This document shows, piece after piece, positions 1 to 9,928 of a stretch of 32,000 bases of DNA; the stretch's first letter is position 1; every line of letters starts with the position of its first letter. The stretch is from Acaryochloris marina MBIC11017 (GTDB taxonomy: Bacteria; Cyanobacteriota; Cyanobacteriia; Thermosynechococcales; Thermosynechococcaceae), in NCBI RefSeq assembly GCF_000018105.1, contig NC_009925.1, forward strand, positions 4,980,001 to 5,012,000. Reading direction: 5' to 3'. The position numbers were made by a program, and so were the translations under genes. The notes under the pieces are model-generated. The model was not told where the DNA came from. It saw only the letters and a program-made list of their open reading frames with translations, and did no database searches.

Positions 1-1120
1 AATCCGTCGTAATTTCTAGGTCTCGTCCTTGATAGCGCTGGGATTCAGCTAACCCTGGCCACTCCCCATAAACCTTGCCCCCTTGAATCTGTCCACCCAA
101 CACCCAAAGGACATTGCCATGGCCATGATCCGTACCGCCATTGCCATTTTCAGCTACCGTGCGGCCAAACTCAGACATCACCACAATTGTCGTGTCATCA
201 AAGGTTTTGCCCAGGTCTGCTTTGATTTGATTCAATCCCTGCCCCAAGGGTTTAAGCAACCGCGCTAGACGACCTTGGGAGGACCCTTGATTGATATGGG
301 TATCCCAGCCTCCTAGAGAGACAAAGGCAATTTGGGTTTCGGCATCTCCACTCAACAGTTGAGCAATCCGACGACCATTCGTCTTCAGACTAGATGGCCC
401 CGGTGCTCCCCTGGACGCTTTCATCATTTCTGTATTGAGTTCAGCTTTGAGGATCTCCCTCGCTTCTAAGCCTTCCTGATAGGCACGACTCAGATTGGTA
501 GCGCCTTCATACAGGCGATCAAATGCAGATTGAATTGGCGGTCGATCCAAAGGCAAAGGCCGGATGGCCTGCCGTCCAAAGGCTAGGTTCGCCACCGACT
601 TAGACCCCGACAAAATTAAGGGCGTCTGATTGCCCAGATTAAGGGCTTGGGTGGGGCGGCCTGCGGGTAAGTGAGCTAATACTCGATTTAACCAGCCATC
701 TCCCTGTTTTTTATTCCCCGGTGTTCCCAGCTCCATATAATCCTGAGCATCAAAGTGGGAACGGGTTGGATCCGGCGATCCACAAGCATGGACAAAGGCT
801 AACTGCCTCGATTTCCACAAAGGCATCAGATCTGCTAAAGCTGGATGCAAGCCAAACTGTCCATCTAAATCAATGGCCCCTCTCGCTTCGCCAGGTTTGG
901 CGATGGCTAAGGTCGGTCGCGCATCGTAATAACCTGACTCTCGGTAGGGAACGACCACATTCAGGCCATCTACTGCTCCCCGCAAGAGAATCACAATTAG
1001 TTTGGGTTGACGCCCAGAGAAGCTTTGGGAATAAACGGGTTGCTTCCCTAACCAACCCAACCCCATCGCGGTCACACCTGAGGCAGCTGCATACTGTAAA
1101 AATTGTCGCCGTCTCATCAT
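1..1120 (-). CDS. DUF1501-family protein (sulfatase-like fold) with a Tat signal. Partial: the C-terminus runs off the window start.
   Basis: The reverse strand from ATGATG at 1120 reads MMRRRQFLQYAAASGVTAMGLGW, a twin-arginine signal. The frame stays open to position 1. It ends with SEFGRTVAENGNGGTDHGHGNVLWVLGG, typical of DUF1501, and sits next to a DUF1800 gene as usual. It is absent from the ORF track only because it is open-ended. Confidence 0.8.
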   Translation of the reverse strand, partial: MMRRRQFLQYAAASGVTAMGLGWLGKQPVYSQSFSGRQPKLIVILLRGAVDGLNVVVPYRESGYYDARPTLAIAKPGEARGAIDLDGQFGLHPALADLMPLWKSRQLAFVHACGSPDPTRSHFDAQDYMELGTPGNKKQGDGWLNRVLAHLPAGRPTQALNLGNQTPLILSGSKSVANLAFGRQAIRPLPLDRPPIQSAFDRLYEGATNLSRAYQEGLEAREILKAELNTEMMKASRGAPGPSSLKTNGRRIAQLLSGDAETQIAFVSLGGWDTHINQGSSQGRLARLLKPLGQGLNQIKADLGKTFDDTTIVVMSEFGRTVAENGNGGTDHGHGNVLWVLGGQIQGGKVYGEWPGLAESQRYQGRDLEITTD

Positions 1121-1161
1121 TATTTCTATTCTCAGGGTTGTCAATTCGTTCAGGAATCGGT

Positions 1162-2649
1162 TTAGCGATACATCATTTCAGGGCTGCCCAGCATCAATGC
1201 CGCCCGTAAATTTCGCGGACTGTTATCAATCACAGCTTTCGTTTGAGCAGAAAACCGATCTCCTAAGGTTTGCTCTAATTGGTCTGGTGGCACAGGTGTC
1301 TTTTGTCGGCCATAGCCCCGGGCAAACGCGGTCGCTAAACTGATTCGGCGAATGGTGGTATCCGGATTGAGCCAAGCCGCTTCAGTGTTGGCATACCCAT
1401 TAGGGGGTTGGCATTCATACAGGGGCATACTGAACTGCCGTAGCGCTCTAGCCACCAAGAGAGGTTTCACCGTGGGACGCCCCGTGGCTCTCGCCACTGA
1501 AATCAGATATTCATAAGGGGTTTTAAATTTCTGTCCATAGTACCGAGGCTCTCTAAACTCAGGACTCTCAAATAAGGTTTCTAACACTGATCGAATATTG
1601 CCATCGGTTGCTAGGAATCGTTGAGCCAGACGATCTACTAAAGCTGGGGGAGGTGTATCCGCCACAAAATACTGGGCTAACTTATAGCTTATATGTTGGG
1701 CAGTGGCTGGATGGGTCGCCAATATATCTAGCAGTTCTTCCCCTTCTGCCATTCCTTGCCCCTGAATGGGTTGTCCCAGAAACGTTTTACGGCTATTGTC
1801 ATGGCGTCTAGCATCAAAGACAAAGGCCTGTTTAGCTTGTAATCTCTGGCGGCCTCGGGGTAACCCCCACCCGGTTAATACTTTCGCGGCTGACACCACA
1901 TCAGCCTGGGAATAGCCACCCTTAACCCCCATTGTGTGGAGTTCCAGCAACTCCCGGGCATAATTCTCGTTTAATCCCTTAAACCGACCTCGGGCTCCAG
2001 GGCTATTGGGGGCTGTATTTTGCCAATTATCAAGATAAAACAACATGGCCGGATGTTTGGCTGTTGCCCCCAATAAATCGCGAAAAGAACCGAAGACATA
2101 GGGGCGAATCGCCTCTTCTTCATAAGCACCGACCCATAATCGGGTTCTCCCTTTTTTGGCGGATACGTTGAAGTGATTGAACCAGAAGTTCACCATCACT
2201 TCTTCCAGTTGGTTCGGACTAGAAATCGCCCGAATCAACCGAGCTTCAGAGGCCTCGCGAAAAGGGATACGAGATCGACGTCGGCGCTGTTTGCGTTCTT
2301 GGGGGCTGAGCTTGGGCTTCCCCCTACCTGGTCGTCTAAAGCCATATTGCCGCTCTAGTTGTATCGGTGTGAGAGACAAGGTTTTATACTGCCGCAGTTG
2401 ACGCTTCAGTCTAGGTGAATCTTGACTAGGTGAAAGCTGTTCTTGAATATAATCATCAATCCCTACCGTCTTCACATGCTGCAGATCCCCTGGACTGGGA
2501 CCAAAGCTAAGGCGATTGATGACATGAACCGCATCAGCCTCCATCGAGGTAGCCAGCGCTGGTTCTCCGTTGGTACTCCCTATCCAAATTCCCACGGCCA
2601 GCATGAGACTAAGGGAGATTTTGAGTATTTTGTCTGAAAATTTTGCCAT
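1162..2649 (-). CDS. DUF1800-family protein with an N-terminal signal or anchor
   Basis: 495-aa ORF. It has a hydrophobic N-terminus and the NFWFNHFNV motif typical of DUF1800. It is immediately upstream of, and co-oriented with, the DUF1501 gene, which is the conserved pairing. Confidence 0.8.
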   Translation of the reverse strand: MAKFSDKILKISLSLMLAVGIWIGSTNGEPALATSMEADAVHVINRLSFGPSPGDLQHVKTVGIDDYIQEQLSPSQDSPRLKRQLRQYKTLSLTPIQLERQYGFRRPGRGKPKLSPQERKQRRRRSRIPFREASEARLIRAISSPNQLEEVMVNFWFNHFNVSAKKGRTRLWVGAYEEEAIRPYVFGSFRDLLGATAKHPAMLFYLDNWQNTAPNSPGARGRFKGLNENYARELLELHTMGVKGGYSQADVVSAAKVLTGWGLPRGRQRLQAKQAFVFDARRHDNSRKTFLGQPIQGQGMAEGEELLDILATHPATAQHISYKLAQYFVADTPPPALVDRLAQRFLATDGNIRSVLETLFESPEFREPRYYGQKFKTPYEYLISVARATGRPTVKPLLVARALRQFSMPLYECQPPNGYANTEAAWLNPDTTIRRISLATAFARGYGRQKTPVPPDQLEQTLGDRFSAQTKAVIDNSPRNLRAALMLGSPEMMYR

Positions 2650-2827
2650 ATTCTGTGGTGTAGCCTAATTCTTAGACAGCCGTTGTCCGAATTAGGTTCA
2701 ATGACAAAACCATCAATATTTTGTTTCTGGTGAAACTAGTCGATAAATATCAGCTAGAACAGCAATCGATCAAAACTAGCAGATCTTTCGGTTGGACTTT
2801 GAGCTAAAAACTTTTAAGAGTCCCCAA

Positions 2828-4585
2828 TTAAACTTGAACAGCGTCGAATAGAGAAGCAAAATTTTTGTGGAGAACTTTTTCTATTTGTCCTGGTTCCATA
2901 GGTTTAGCAAACAAGTAGCCTTGCGCATATTCACATCCCAAGTTTTTCAGCCGGTTGGCCTGCTCTACAGTCTCTACCCCTTCAGCTACCACATCAATAT
3001 TCAAACTATGGGCAAGCTGAATAACGGCTTGAATAATCTCTGATTCTGTTCCAGAAGTATCAATGGTTTCCACAAAGGATCGATCGATCTTAAGATTATC
3101 GACGGGGAGTTGATGGAGATAACTTAAAGAGGCATACCCCGTTCCAAAGTCATCCATACTGAGTTGAATCCCCAAGCCTTTTATTTGCCGCAGCATTGCC
3201 GCCGCATATTCCAAATTGTTGAACACCATCGTCTCGGTAATTTCTAGCTTTAATCCCCTAGGGTCAAGCTGTGTTTCGGCTAAGATGCCTCGGATTGAAT
3301 CCAGCAAATCTAGCTGATCGAGCTGTCGAGCCGATAAATTGACATGCATACTCAACGGCAAATGGGTTTGATTACGCCATTTATGGATCTGTTCACAGGC
3401 TTCTCTTAAGATCCAGGCGCCAATGGGAATAATCAGGCCGCTATCTTCTGCGATCGCAATAAACTGATCCGGTGACAACAACCCTAATGTGGGATGTTGC
3501 CATCGCACTAACGCTTCAAAGGCCTGCAGAGAACCATCTGCTAAGGAGATGATGGGTTGATAGCAAACCCGTAACTCATTTTGCCAAACCGCCCGGGACA
3601 AATCATGTTCCAACTGCATGCGGGTCAGGGATTGCAAATGCATCGTCTGGTGAAAAATCGCATAGTTCTCTGCCCCATGACTTTTGGCATATTCCAGTGC
3701 CGTACAAGCATCACGGATTAAATCTTCTGGTTGTTGATACAGAGACGAGCCCATGGCAATCCCCATATCAAACTGTATATGAATGTCTTGGGAGTGGATC
3801 GCGTAAGGGACCAAGAGATGGCGCTGAATTTTTTCGGTAATTTTTCGAGTCTCTTGTTCACCATCAACGGGCCGAAGGAGAACAACAAAATCATCTCCAC
3901 CGAAACGAGCTGCGATATCATCGGGCCTTAAAAGCTCAGACAATCGCTGGGCAACCATCATCAATAGTTGGTCACCGGCCCATAATCCTAAGCGGGTGTT
4001 AATGGCCTTAAAGTGCTTAATATCAATGTAGAGAAGGGCAAAAGAGCCATCTGGCCCAGTTTTGGTCTGGGACAGAGCATCCACCAACCGCAATCGAATA
4101 AAGGACTGGTTGGGTAATTCCGTTAGCCAATCATAAAAAATACTATGGCGCAGCTGCTCGGCTGCTCGTTTACGCTCAGCACTTTGGGCCAGGGCATTTT
4201 CTCGACCTTGCTGAATTAAAACTGACTTTTCTGTATAGGTCGTCTGGGATAAAGCAATCAGTATGATTCTTTGGTCGTCTAAGCCCAGGGCTGATGCTTC
4301 CAGGGGAATTTCAGTTCCCGACTGATCCACCTCAACCCACAAGCCAGATTTTAGGACTTGTTCTTGCTCAGTTTGCCAAAACTGCAACGCATCGTCCAGA
4401 AAATAAGTCAGAAAAGGAAATGCATCCGCTAGATAAATCACTGCAGATGGCTCTTGATTCGCTCCCATTAAAGACCGATACCAGGATGGCAGATGACCAA
4501 TCACCTGAAAAGATTGGTCATCTTGGTATTCCAGCACTAAAATCTCTAGAGCCGATAATACCTTTGCTAAAGCAGCCTTTGACAT
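2828..4585 (-). CDS. Diguanylate cyclase/phosphodiesterase (GGDEF-EAL) with an uncharacterised N-terminal sensor region
   Basis: 585-aa ORF. The GGDEF domain has the signature GGDDF, preceded by RPDD at the I-site position. The EAL domain carries EALVRW, DDFGTGYASLSYL, KIDRSF, EGVET and QGYLFAKP. Confidence 0.9.
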   Translation of the reverse strand: MSKAALAKVLSALEILVLEYQDDQSFQVIGHLPSWYRSLMGANQEPSAVIYLADAFPFLTYFLDDALQFWQTEQEQVLKSGLWVEVDQSGTEIPLEASALGLDDQRIILIALSQTTYTEKSVLIQQGRENALAQSAERKRAAEQLRHSIFYDWLTELPNQSFIRLRLVDALSQTKTGPDGSFALLYIDIKHFKAINTRLGLWAGDQLLMMVAQRLSELLRPDDIAARFGGDDFVVLLRPVDGEQETRKITEKIQRHLLVPYAIHSQDIHIQFDMGIAMGSSLYQQPEDLIRDACTALEYAKSHGAENYAIFHQTMHLQSLTRMQLEHDLSRAVWQNELRVCYQPIISLADGSLQAFEALVRWQHPTLGLLSPDQFIAIAEDSGLIIPIGAWILREACEQIHKWRNQTHLPLSMHVNLSARQLDQLDLLDSIRGILAETQLDPRGLKLEITETMVFNNLEYAAAMLRQIKGLGIQLSMDDFGTGYASLSYLHQLPVDNLKIDRSFVETIDTSGTESEIIQAVIQLAHSLNIDVVAEGVETVEQANRLKNLGCEYAQGYLFAKPMEPGQIEKVLHKNFASLFDAVQV

Positions 4586-4592
4586 CGTTCAA

Positions 4593-4916
4593 CTATTCCA
4601 CATGTCTTCTGGCACCATTTTTTCTGGAAGCACTATTACGATTACAGGCATCCCAAACTTCTGCCATGACCTGGACGGCAACCTCGATAGGAAGCCTTTC
4701 TAAGGTACTGCTATGGTGAAATTTAAGGCTGATTGCCAGTTGTTTACGCAAGACTGACACTTCATCAGGAACATCAGGTTGGAAATCAGACTGGAAAACA
4801 GTTTCATTTTCCATAGGTTTTAAAGATACTCTATTCAGGTTTTCCCTAGTGTTCCCCAGTTGTCCCCTCTTTTTTGCGAGGGAGGCCAAATTCAACGTTC
4901 TATTAAATTTAGTCAA
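4593..4916 (-). CDS. Hypothetical protein (107 aa), possibly co-transcribed with the GGDEF-EAL gene
   Basis: The ORF ends 7 nt upstream of the GGDEF-EAL start on the same strand. No recognisable motif was found. The start codon is uncertain; there is an internal Met at MENETV. Confidence 0.35.
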   Translation of the reverse strand: MTKFNRTLNLASLAKKRGQLGNTRENLNRVSLKPMENETVFQSDFQPDVPDEVSVLRKQLAISLKFHHSSTLERLPIEVAVQVMAEVWDACNRNSASRKNGARRHVE

Positions 4917-5092
4917 AGCAAAATTTGAGGTTTTTTGTTATCAATAGCTAATCTATATTTTGGCTCAAGGTATAGAGCCAAACCCTACAAATTGTCTCCA
5001 ATTAGAGATTAAGCCCTCGACAGAGTTCTATAATTGACGGCGGTCAATCTGCTGAGGTTTGGCATACTCCCCCGGATTATAGAGGTCTATAA

Positions 5093-5680
5093 ATGTTAAA
5101 AGCTGTTGTAAAACTTGCAGTCTTAGTGGCTGTGTTGTGGTTTGGGGCCATTCCCCCTGATCTTGCCCATGCCCAAATGAGAATGGGGCCCCTATCCAAG
5201 GAAGCCATTAAAAATGTGCCGGCTCTCCGTCAAACTAAAATCTGTGAAGGTTGTGATTTAGCCGGGGCAAACTTACGGAGTTTCGAGTTACAAAATGGCA
5301 ATTTGAAGAATGCGGACTTAACAAATTCCACGATCCAATTTAGCGATCTAACGAATGCCACTTTAGAGGGAGCAAACCTCTCCAGTTCTCGTATCGAAGA
5401 CACGATTGTAACGGGAGCAAATTTCTCTAAAGCCGATTTATCTGTGTCTAACTTAAACGGTTGTGACTTTAGTGGTGTCAACCTACAAGGCGCAATTCTC
5501 CGTGCTGCAACCTTGAACAAGACCAATTTTGCCAATGCAGATCTACGAGGTGCAATGCTACGAGCTGCAAATTTGAATGGCGCCAACCTTGAGGGAGCGA
5601 ATCTTGAGGGAGCAAACCTCTGTAATACGGTCATGCCTGATGGGACCTTAAGCTTTCGCAATTGTCGACCCCCAGAATAA
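5093..5680 (+). CDS. Pentapeptide-repeat protein with an N-terminal signal peptide
   Basis: 195-aa ORF. The signal-like N-terminus is MLKAVVKLAVLVAVLWFGA...AHA. It is followed by long runs of A(D/N)LxG-type pentapeptides such as ANLEGANLEGANL. Confidence 0.9.
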   Translation: MLKAVVKLAVLVAVLWFGAIPPDLAHAQMRMGPLSKEAIKNVPALRQTKICEGCDLAGANLRSFELQNGNLKNADLTNSTIQFSDLTNATLEGANLSSSRIEDTIVTGANFSKADLSVSNLNGCDFSGVNLQGAILRAATLNKTNFANADLRGAMLRAANLNGANLEGANLEGANLCNTVMPDGTLSFRNCRPPE

Positions 5681-5763
5681 TGTCATTGGAGATGTGCCTT
5701 CTCTTATCCTTTGCTGTTGAACGGGTATCCCCTTAACGATTTAAAAATTGCACTGAATCCATG

Positions 5764-5796
5764 ACACTCCAGGAGTTACATTCTGGAGTGTTTTTT
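5764..5796 (+). terminator. Rho-independent terminator downstream of the pentapeptide-repeat gene
   Basis: ACACTCCAG (5764-5772) pairs perfectly with CTGGAGTGT (5783-5791) across a 10-nt loop. A TTTTTT run follows directly. Confidence 0.7.
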
Positions 5797-6027
5797 GCAG
5801 TTTCTAGCAAATTAAGAGTGGAGGATATAAAAAACTTGGCGAGTTTATTGGAACAAATAAGACTTTATAGATAGTATTTTCTAGAGGGGGATTTAAATCA
5901 TCAACATCTTCATCAACGCATTCGGCCTAATTTTGATTAAGATGATGATCATTTAATCTGGTGGTCCATAATATGTGGACCAGGCCAGTGAAAGTAGCCC
6001 GATCTTTTTATTAGATAATCCCCAACA

Positions 6028-7047
6028 ATGATCCGCATTCTTCTAGTTGATGATCAGAAAGTGATTCGCCAAGGACTCAAAGCCTTGTTGGAATCAGAAT
6101 CTGACTTGCAGATTGTAGGACTGGCCGAAAACGGCAAAATGGGTGTGTCAATGGCAGAGCAACTTCAGCCTGATGTTGTTTTGGTTGATATGTATATGCC
6201 CATCATGGATGGCGCTGCAGCCACAGAGATTATTTGCCAGCGCTGTCCCGATACCAAAGTCTTACTATTGAGCAGCGCAGATGATGACAAATGCATTGCG
6301 GATGCTTTACGAGCAGGGGCAATGGGATATCTTCTTAAGAATGCATCTTCCGAAGAAGTTGCCAATGCAATTCGCTCTGTTTATAAGGGGTATACCCAAC
6401 TGAGTCCGGGCCTCTTAAAGAAAGTAATGAATCGCAACCCTCCCACCACAGAGGCGGAGACTTCTTCTGCGGACCTTACCGCCCTGGAAAAGCGGTTGCT
6501 GCTCATCCTTAAGGACTCGGACACTTTAGACAGTTCCAGCATTGACGCTTTTACAGGCTTGATTTCTTCTCCATCTGAAGCGAAGAAGCTGTTGCCCCAC
6601 TTGAAGCAAAAACTGGAGCGACAACCAGATCATGTTCTGGCTTATTATATTCTGGGCATTTTATTATTCGAGTATCAACATCAGGCCAAAGTCGCTTTGA
6701 ACTGTTGGCGCAAAGGATTTAAACAAGCTCTGTCACAAGGGATATCTCTAGAAGGCTTATTTCTCTTTTGTCAGTCCATTTCTTTAATCAGTCCCGATGA
6801 AGCTTATATCGGCATCAAGCAAGTTCTAGACACCCATGGAAAGCTTGTTCCTGCATCCACTCTAGGAGCAATGGCAGAACGAGTGTTTGGCCCTGAATCT
6901 GAGTGTACTCAAGTTCTAACCATTGCATGGCAAATTAGACAGATGAACACTTTACTTGATGAACATTACCCCTTAAAGTCAAAGCTTGACGACTTAAATA
7001 TTAGGTTTGCAATGCCTGGAAGAAAAAAACAAGTTTATAGCCTTTGA
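6028..7047 (+). CDS. Response regulator: NarL-like receiver domain fused to a non-HTH C-terminal domain of about 190 aa with unknown function
   Basis: The N-terminus MIRILLVDDQKVIRQGLKALL...DVVLVDMYMPIMDG...KVLLLSS...GAMGYLLK is a canonical REC domain. No LuxR or OmpR type HTH is recognisable after about aa 125. Confidence 0.85.
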   Translation: MIRILLVDDQKVIRQGLKALLESESDLQIVGLAENGKMGVSMAEQLQPDVVLVDMYMPIMDGAAATEIICQRCPDTKVLLLSSADDDKCIADALRAGAMGYLLKNASSEEVANAIRSVYKGYTQLSPGLLKKVMNRNPPTTEAETSSADLTALEKRLLLILKDSDTLDSSSIDAFTGLISSPSEAKKLLPHLKQKLERQPDHVLAYYILGILLFEYQHQAKVALNCWRKGFKQALSQGISLEGLFLFCQSISLISPDEAYIGIKQVLDTHGKLVPASTLGAMAERVFGPESECTQVLTIAWQIRQMNTLLDEHYPLKSKLDDLNIRFAMPGRKKQVYSL

Positions 7048-7622
7048 GGAGACGGGTTTTGAGTGCAATTGATCAACTGGAGAAAGAATTAGAGGATCTG
7101 CGAAGTCGGTTTAGTCAAGCTTTTCAGGTGTTGGATGGCTTTTCTCAACTGCAAACTCATTTTGAGCAACTCACTCAAACCCAGCAAGAGTTAGAACAAT
7201 CTTTAAGCCAAGCTAAAAACTCTTTAGAGGACGCTTCTGCCCCCTCAGAACTACAAGAGCAATATACTGAGCTAGAGTCGCAATTCGAAGCTAAATATGC
7301 CCAATTACAATCAGATATTTTAGATTTAAGGCATAGTTTTGAAGCTACAACCTATGATCTCCAAGAGCAGCTTCACCACGATCGCAGTCAACTTAAGCAA
7401 TTAGAACAAACAGCAGCTCCTGCTCCTGGTGCAGATACCAACAAGCTGGACTGGCTAGAGAATTCTATGCAAGACTTGAGCAATTTAATTTATGCCGACC
7501 GCTCTGCTTTGCAACATTTGGATCGACGCCTCAACCACGTCAAACGAGTCACCGACATCATCACGATTGTGGGTGCGAGTGGCTTTTTTGTGATGACGAT
7601 TATTATGGTGGTGACTCGTTAG
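7044..7622 (+). CDS. Coiled-coil protein with a single C-terminal transmembrane helix (tail-anchored type)
   Basis: 192-aa ORF. Its TTG start overlaps the TGA stop of the response regulator (TTGA). The sequence is rich in Q/E/L heptad-like stretches. The C-terminus IITIVGASGFFVMTIIMVVTR is hydrophobic. The start codon is uncertain. Confidence 0.6.
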   Translation: MRRRVLSAIDQLEKELEDLRSRFSQAFQVLDGFSQLQTHFEQLTQTQQELEQSLSQAKNSLEDASAPSELQEQYTELESQFEAKYAQLQSDILDLRHSFEATTYDLQEQLHHDRSQLKQLEQTAAPAPGADTNKLDWLENSMQDLSNLIYADRSALQHLDRRLNHVKRVTDIITIVGASGFFVMTIIMVVTR

Positions 7623-7641
7623 TCTGGGCGTTATCGAAGGA

Positions 7642-8889
7642 TTATCTAACCCCCACCACTTCGGCAGAAGCACTCTTAATCGAGAAGATTTTTTCCACGA
7701 TATCAGACACCACTTTGTCTGGTGTTGATGCCCCTGACGTCACCCCAATGGCAAGGGGACCATTCGGCAACCAATTGTCTGTAACTGTTAGATCGGCGTT
7801 AAGAGGTTTATGTTCAACTCGATTGCCTGGACCAATGCGATCGACACTATCAATGTGATAGGAAGGAATATTTTTATCAATTGAGATCTCTTGGAGATGG
7901 GTCGTATTGGATGAATTAAAGCCGCCAATCACGACCATTAAATCCAAGGGTTCATCGACCAATTGAAAAATCGCATCCTGACGCTCTTGGGTGGCATCGC
8001 AAATGGTGTTGAAACTGAGGAAATGCTCGTTGACCTGGGCAGGGCCATACTTACGCATAACGGTGCGTTCAAACAGCTTACCTATTTGCTCGGTTTCACC
8101 TTTCAACATCGTCGTCTGATTAGCAATCCCGACCCGTTCTAAATCTGTTTCTGGGTCAAAACCAGGGGAGTGAGCATTGGCAAACTTGGCCATAAAATCG
8201 GCCCGACGCTGCTCCCGTTCTGAGGGGGTGTCTCCTGGATTCAAAATATAGTCTGCGACATATTCTGCTTCTTCCAGGTTGAGTAAGACGAGATAGGTCC
8301 CTGCAAAGGAGCTTGTGGCAATGGTCTCCTCATGCTTGTACTTGCCATGAATAATCGAGGTATAGGACCCTTTCTTATGTTTTTCGACGGAGGTCCAAAC
8401 CTTGGACACCCAGGGACAGGTGGTATCCATTATGGTGCAGCCTTTATCGTGAAGTAACTGCATTTCCTGAACACTGGCACCAAAGGCTGGCAGGATGACG
8501 ACATCATTTTGGCCCACCACGGTGAAGTCTTTCTGGCCATCAGGTTGCACCGGAATAAACTCTACTTTCATATCCCGCAGGTTCTTGTTGACTGAGGGAT
8601 TATGAATAATTTCGTTGGTTATCCAAATGCGCTCTTGGGGAAACTGACGGCGCGTTTCATAGGCCAAGGCAATGGCCCGCTCAACCCCCCAGCAAAAGCC
8701 AAAGGCTTCTGCTAAGTGAATGGTGACATCTCCCTGTTGAAGGCGATACCCATTATTGCGAATTTGTTGGATGAGCTTGCTATTGTACTCAGACTGCAGC
8801 AAGTTGGTCACTTCTTCTTCGTGACCAAATCCCTTCCGATGATACTGCTCTGATTTATGCAGCGATCGCTTAAAGGCTTTTGTATCCAT
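7642..8889 (-). CDS. ispH: 4-hydroxy-3-methylbut-2-enyl diphosphate reductase (MEP pathway)
   Basis: 415-aa ORF with the cyanobacterial/plastid-type long N-terminus. Conserved blocks are [62 protein letters not shown] and GVTSGASTP. Confidence 0.95.
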   Translation of the reverse strand: MDTKAFKRSLHKSEQYHRKGFGHEEEVTNLLQSEYNSKLIQQIRNNGYRLQQGDVTIHLAEAFGFCWGVERAIALAYETRRQFPQERIWITNEIIHNPSVNKNLRDMKVEFIPVQPDGQKDFTVVGQNDVVILPAFGASVQEMQLLHDKGCTIMDTTCPWVSKVWTSVEKHKKGSYTSIIHGKYKHEETIATSSFAGTYLVLLNLEEAEYVADYILNPGDTPSEREQRRADFMAKFANAHSPGFDPETDLERVGIANQTTMLKGETEQIGKLFERTVMRKYGPAQVNEHFLSFNTICDATQERQDAIFQLVDEPLDLMVVIGGFNSSNTTHLQEISIDKNIPSYHIDSVDRIGPGNRVEHKPLNADLTVTDNWLPNGPLAIGVTSGASTPDKVVSDIVEKIFSIKSASAEVVGVR

Positions 8890-9058
8890 GAATATATTCC
8901 TGCATCTAGGGGGAAACGCCCTTCAGATGAGTCCCTAAAAGAACTTTTAAGACACTGAAAGAGGCCAATTCAATCTTGCTGCAACAAGGGCAACTCTTTC
9001 ATCATACTGGGAACAGATCACCTATACACGGTTGGCCTAGGGGAACGGACTGAATATC

Positions 9059-9907
9059 TCATTCCGTTTTTGCTAGGGATTGGGTGAGTAATCCTTGAGT
9101 GGGGCTAAATAGAAACGCCAATAAAAAGAAGCTGAATGCCACTAAAACGATGGCAGGTCCTGAGGGTAAATTGAAGTGAAAGCTCAGATACATGCCAGTG
9201 ATACTGGAAATCACTCCGAAGGCAGCCCCAACAATCATCATCATATGCAGCCGATAGACCAGGAGGTAAGCTGTTGCCCCTGGGGTAATCAACATCGCTA
9301 ACACCAAAATTACTCCCACGGACTTGAGGCTTGCCACAATGGTGAGGGCAATCAACACCATCAACCCGAAATTGAGTAGATTGGTGGGTAATCCTGCGGC
9401 TTGAGCACCAACGGGGTCGAAGGTGTAAAGCATCAGTTCTTTGAAGAGCAACACAATCACCACTAGGACAATCAGCGTAATCACCAAGGTATTGATCACT
9501 TCTGATTGGGTAACGCTGAGGATATTGCCAAATAAGAAGTGATTGAGGTCAATTTTGTTTTCTTTCTGAACAACGGTCATCAGAGTGATGCCTAGGGCAA
9601 AGAAGGCTGAGAACACAATTCCCATGGCGGCATCTTCTTTAATTTGTGATTGGGTATGAATCCAGGCAATCACAATGGTACTAAATACCCCCGCAATAAA
9701 TGCCCCTAGGAAAATATCTATGCCAATGATGTAGGCAATAACAAGGCCAGGCAATACAGAGTGACTAATGGCATCCCCTAATAGGGCTAAACGCTGAACC
9801 ATCAGGTAACAGCCGACGGTGGCACAAACGATTCCCACTAGAACCGCTGTGAGTAAAGAACGCTGCATAAATTCTGCTTGCAGCGGCTCAATTAAGAGGT
9901 CATACAT
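9059..9907 (-). CDS. Metal (Zn/Mn-type) ABC transporter permease, ABC-3 family
   Basis: 282-aa polytopic membrane ORF. The motif LALLGDAISHSVLPG is typical of ZnuB/MntB-type permeases. It lies downstream of a cognate ATPase gene. Confidence 0.9.
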   Translation of the reverse strand: MYDLLIEPLQAEFMQRSLLTAVLVGIVCATVGCYLMVQRLALLGDAISHSVLPGLVIAYIIGIDIFLGAFIAGVFSTIVIAWIHTQSQIKEDAAMGIVFSAFFALGITLMTVVQKENKIDLNHFLFGNILSVTQSEVINTLVITLIVLVVIVLLFKELMLYTFDPVGAQAAGLPTNLLNFGLMVLIALTIVASLKSVGVILVLAMLITPGATAYLLVYRLHMMMIVGAAFGVISSITGMYLSFHFNLPSGPAIVLVAFSFFLLAFLFSPTQGLLTQSLAKTE

Positions 9908-9928
9908 TCTGATTTGTCGTGAATGGGG

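Noticed and set aside
721-1209. 162-aa plus-strand ORF
   Set aside because: It lies entirely antisense to the DUF1501 and DUF1800 coding regions, which have clear family motifs. The product is low-complexity with no motif.
4294-4719. 141-aa plus-strand ORF
   Set aside because: It is antisense to the N-terminus of the GGDEF-EAL gene and to the upstream small ORF, with no motif or RBS support.
5230-5661. 143-aa minus-strand ORF
   Set aside because: It is the mirror-image reading of the pentapeptide-repeat gene. Repetitive DNA keeps the antisense frame open. The plus-strand product has the canonical repeats and a signal peptide.
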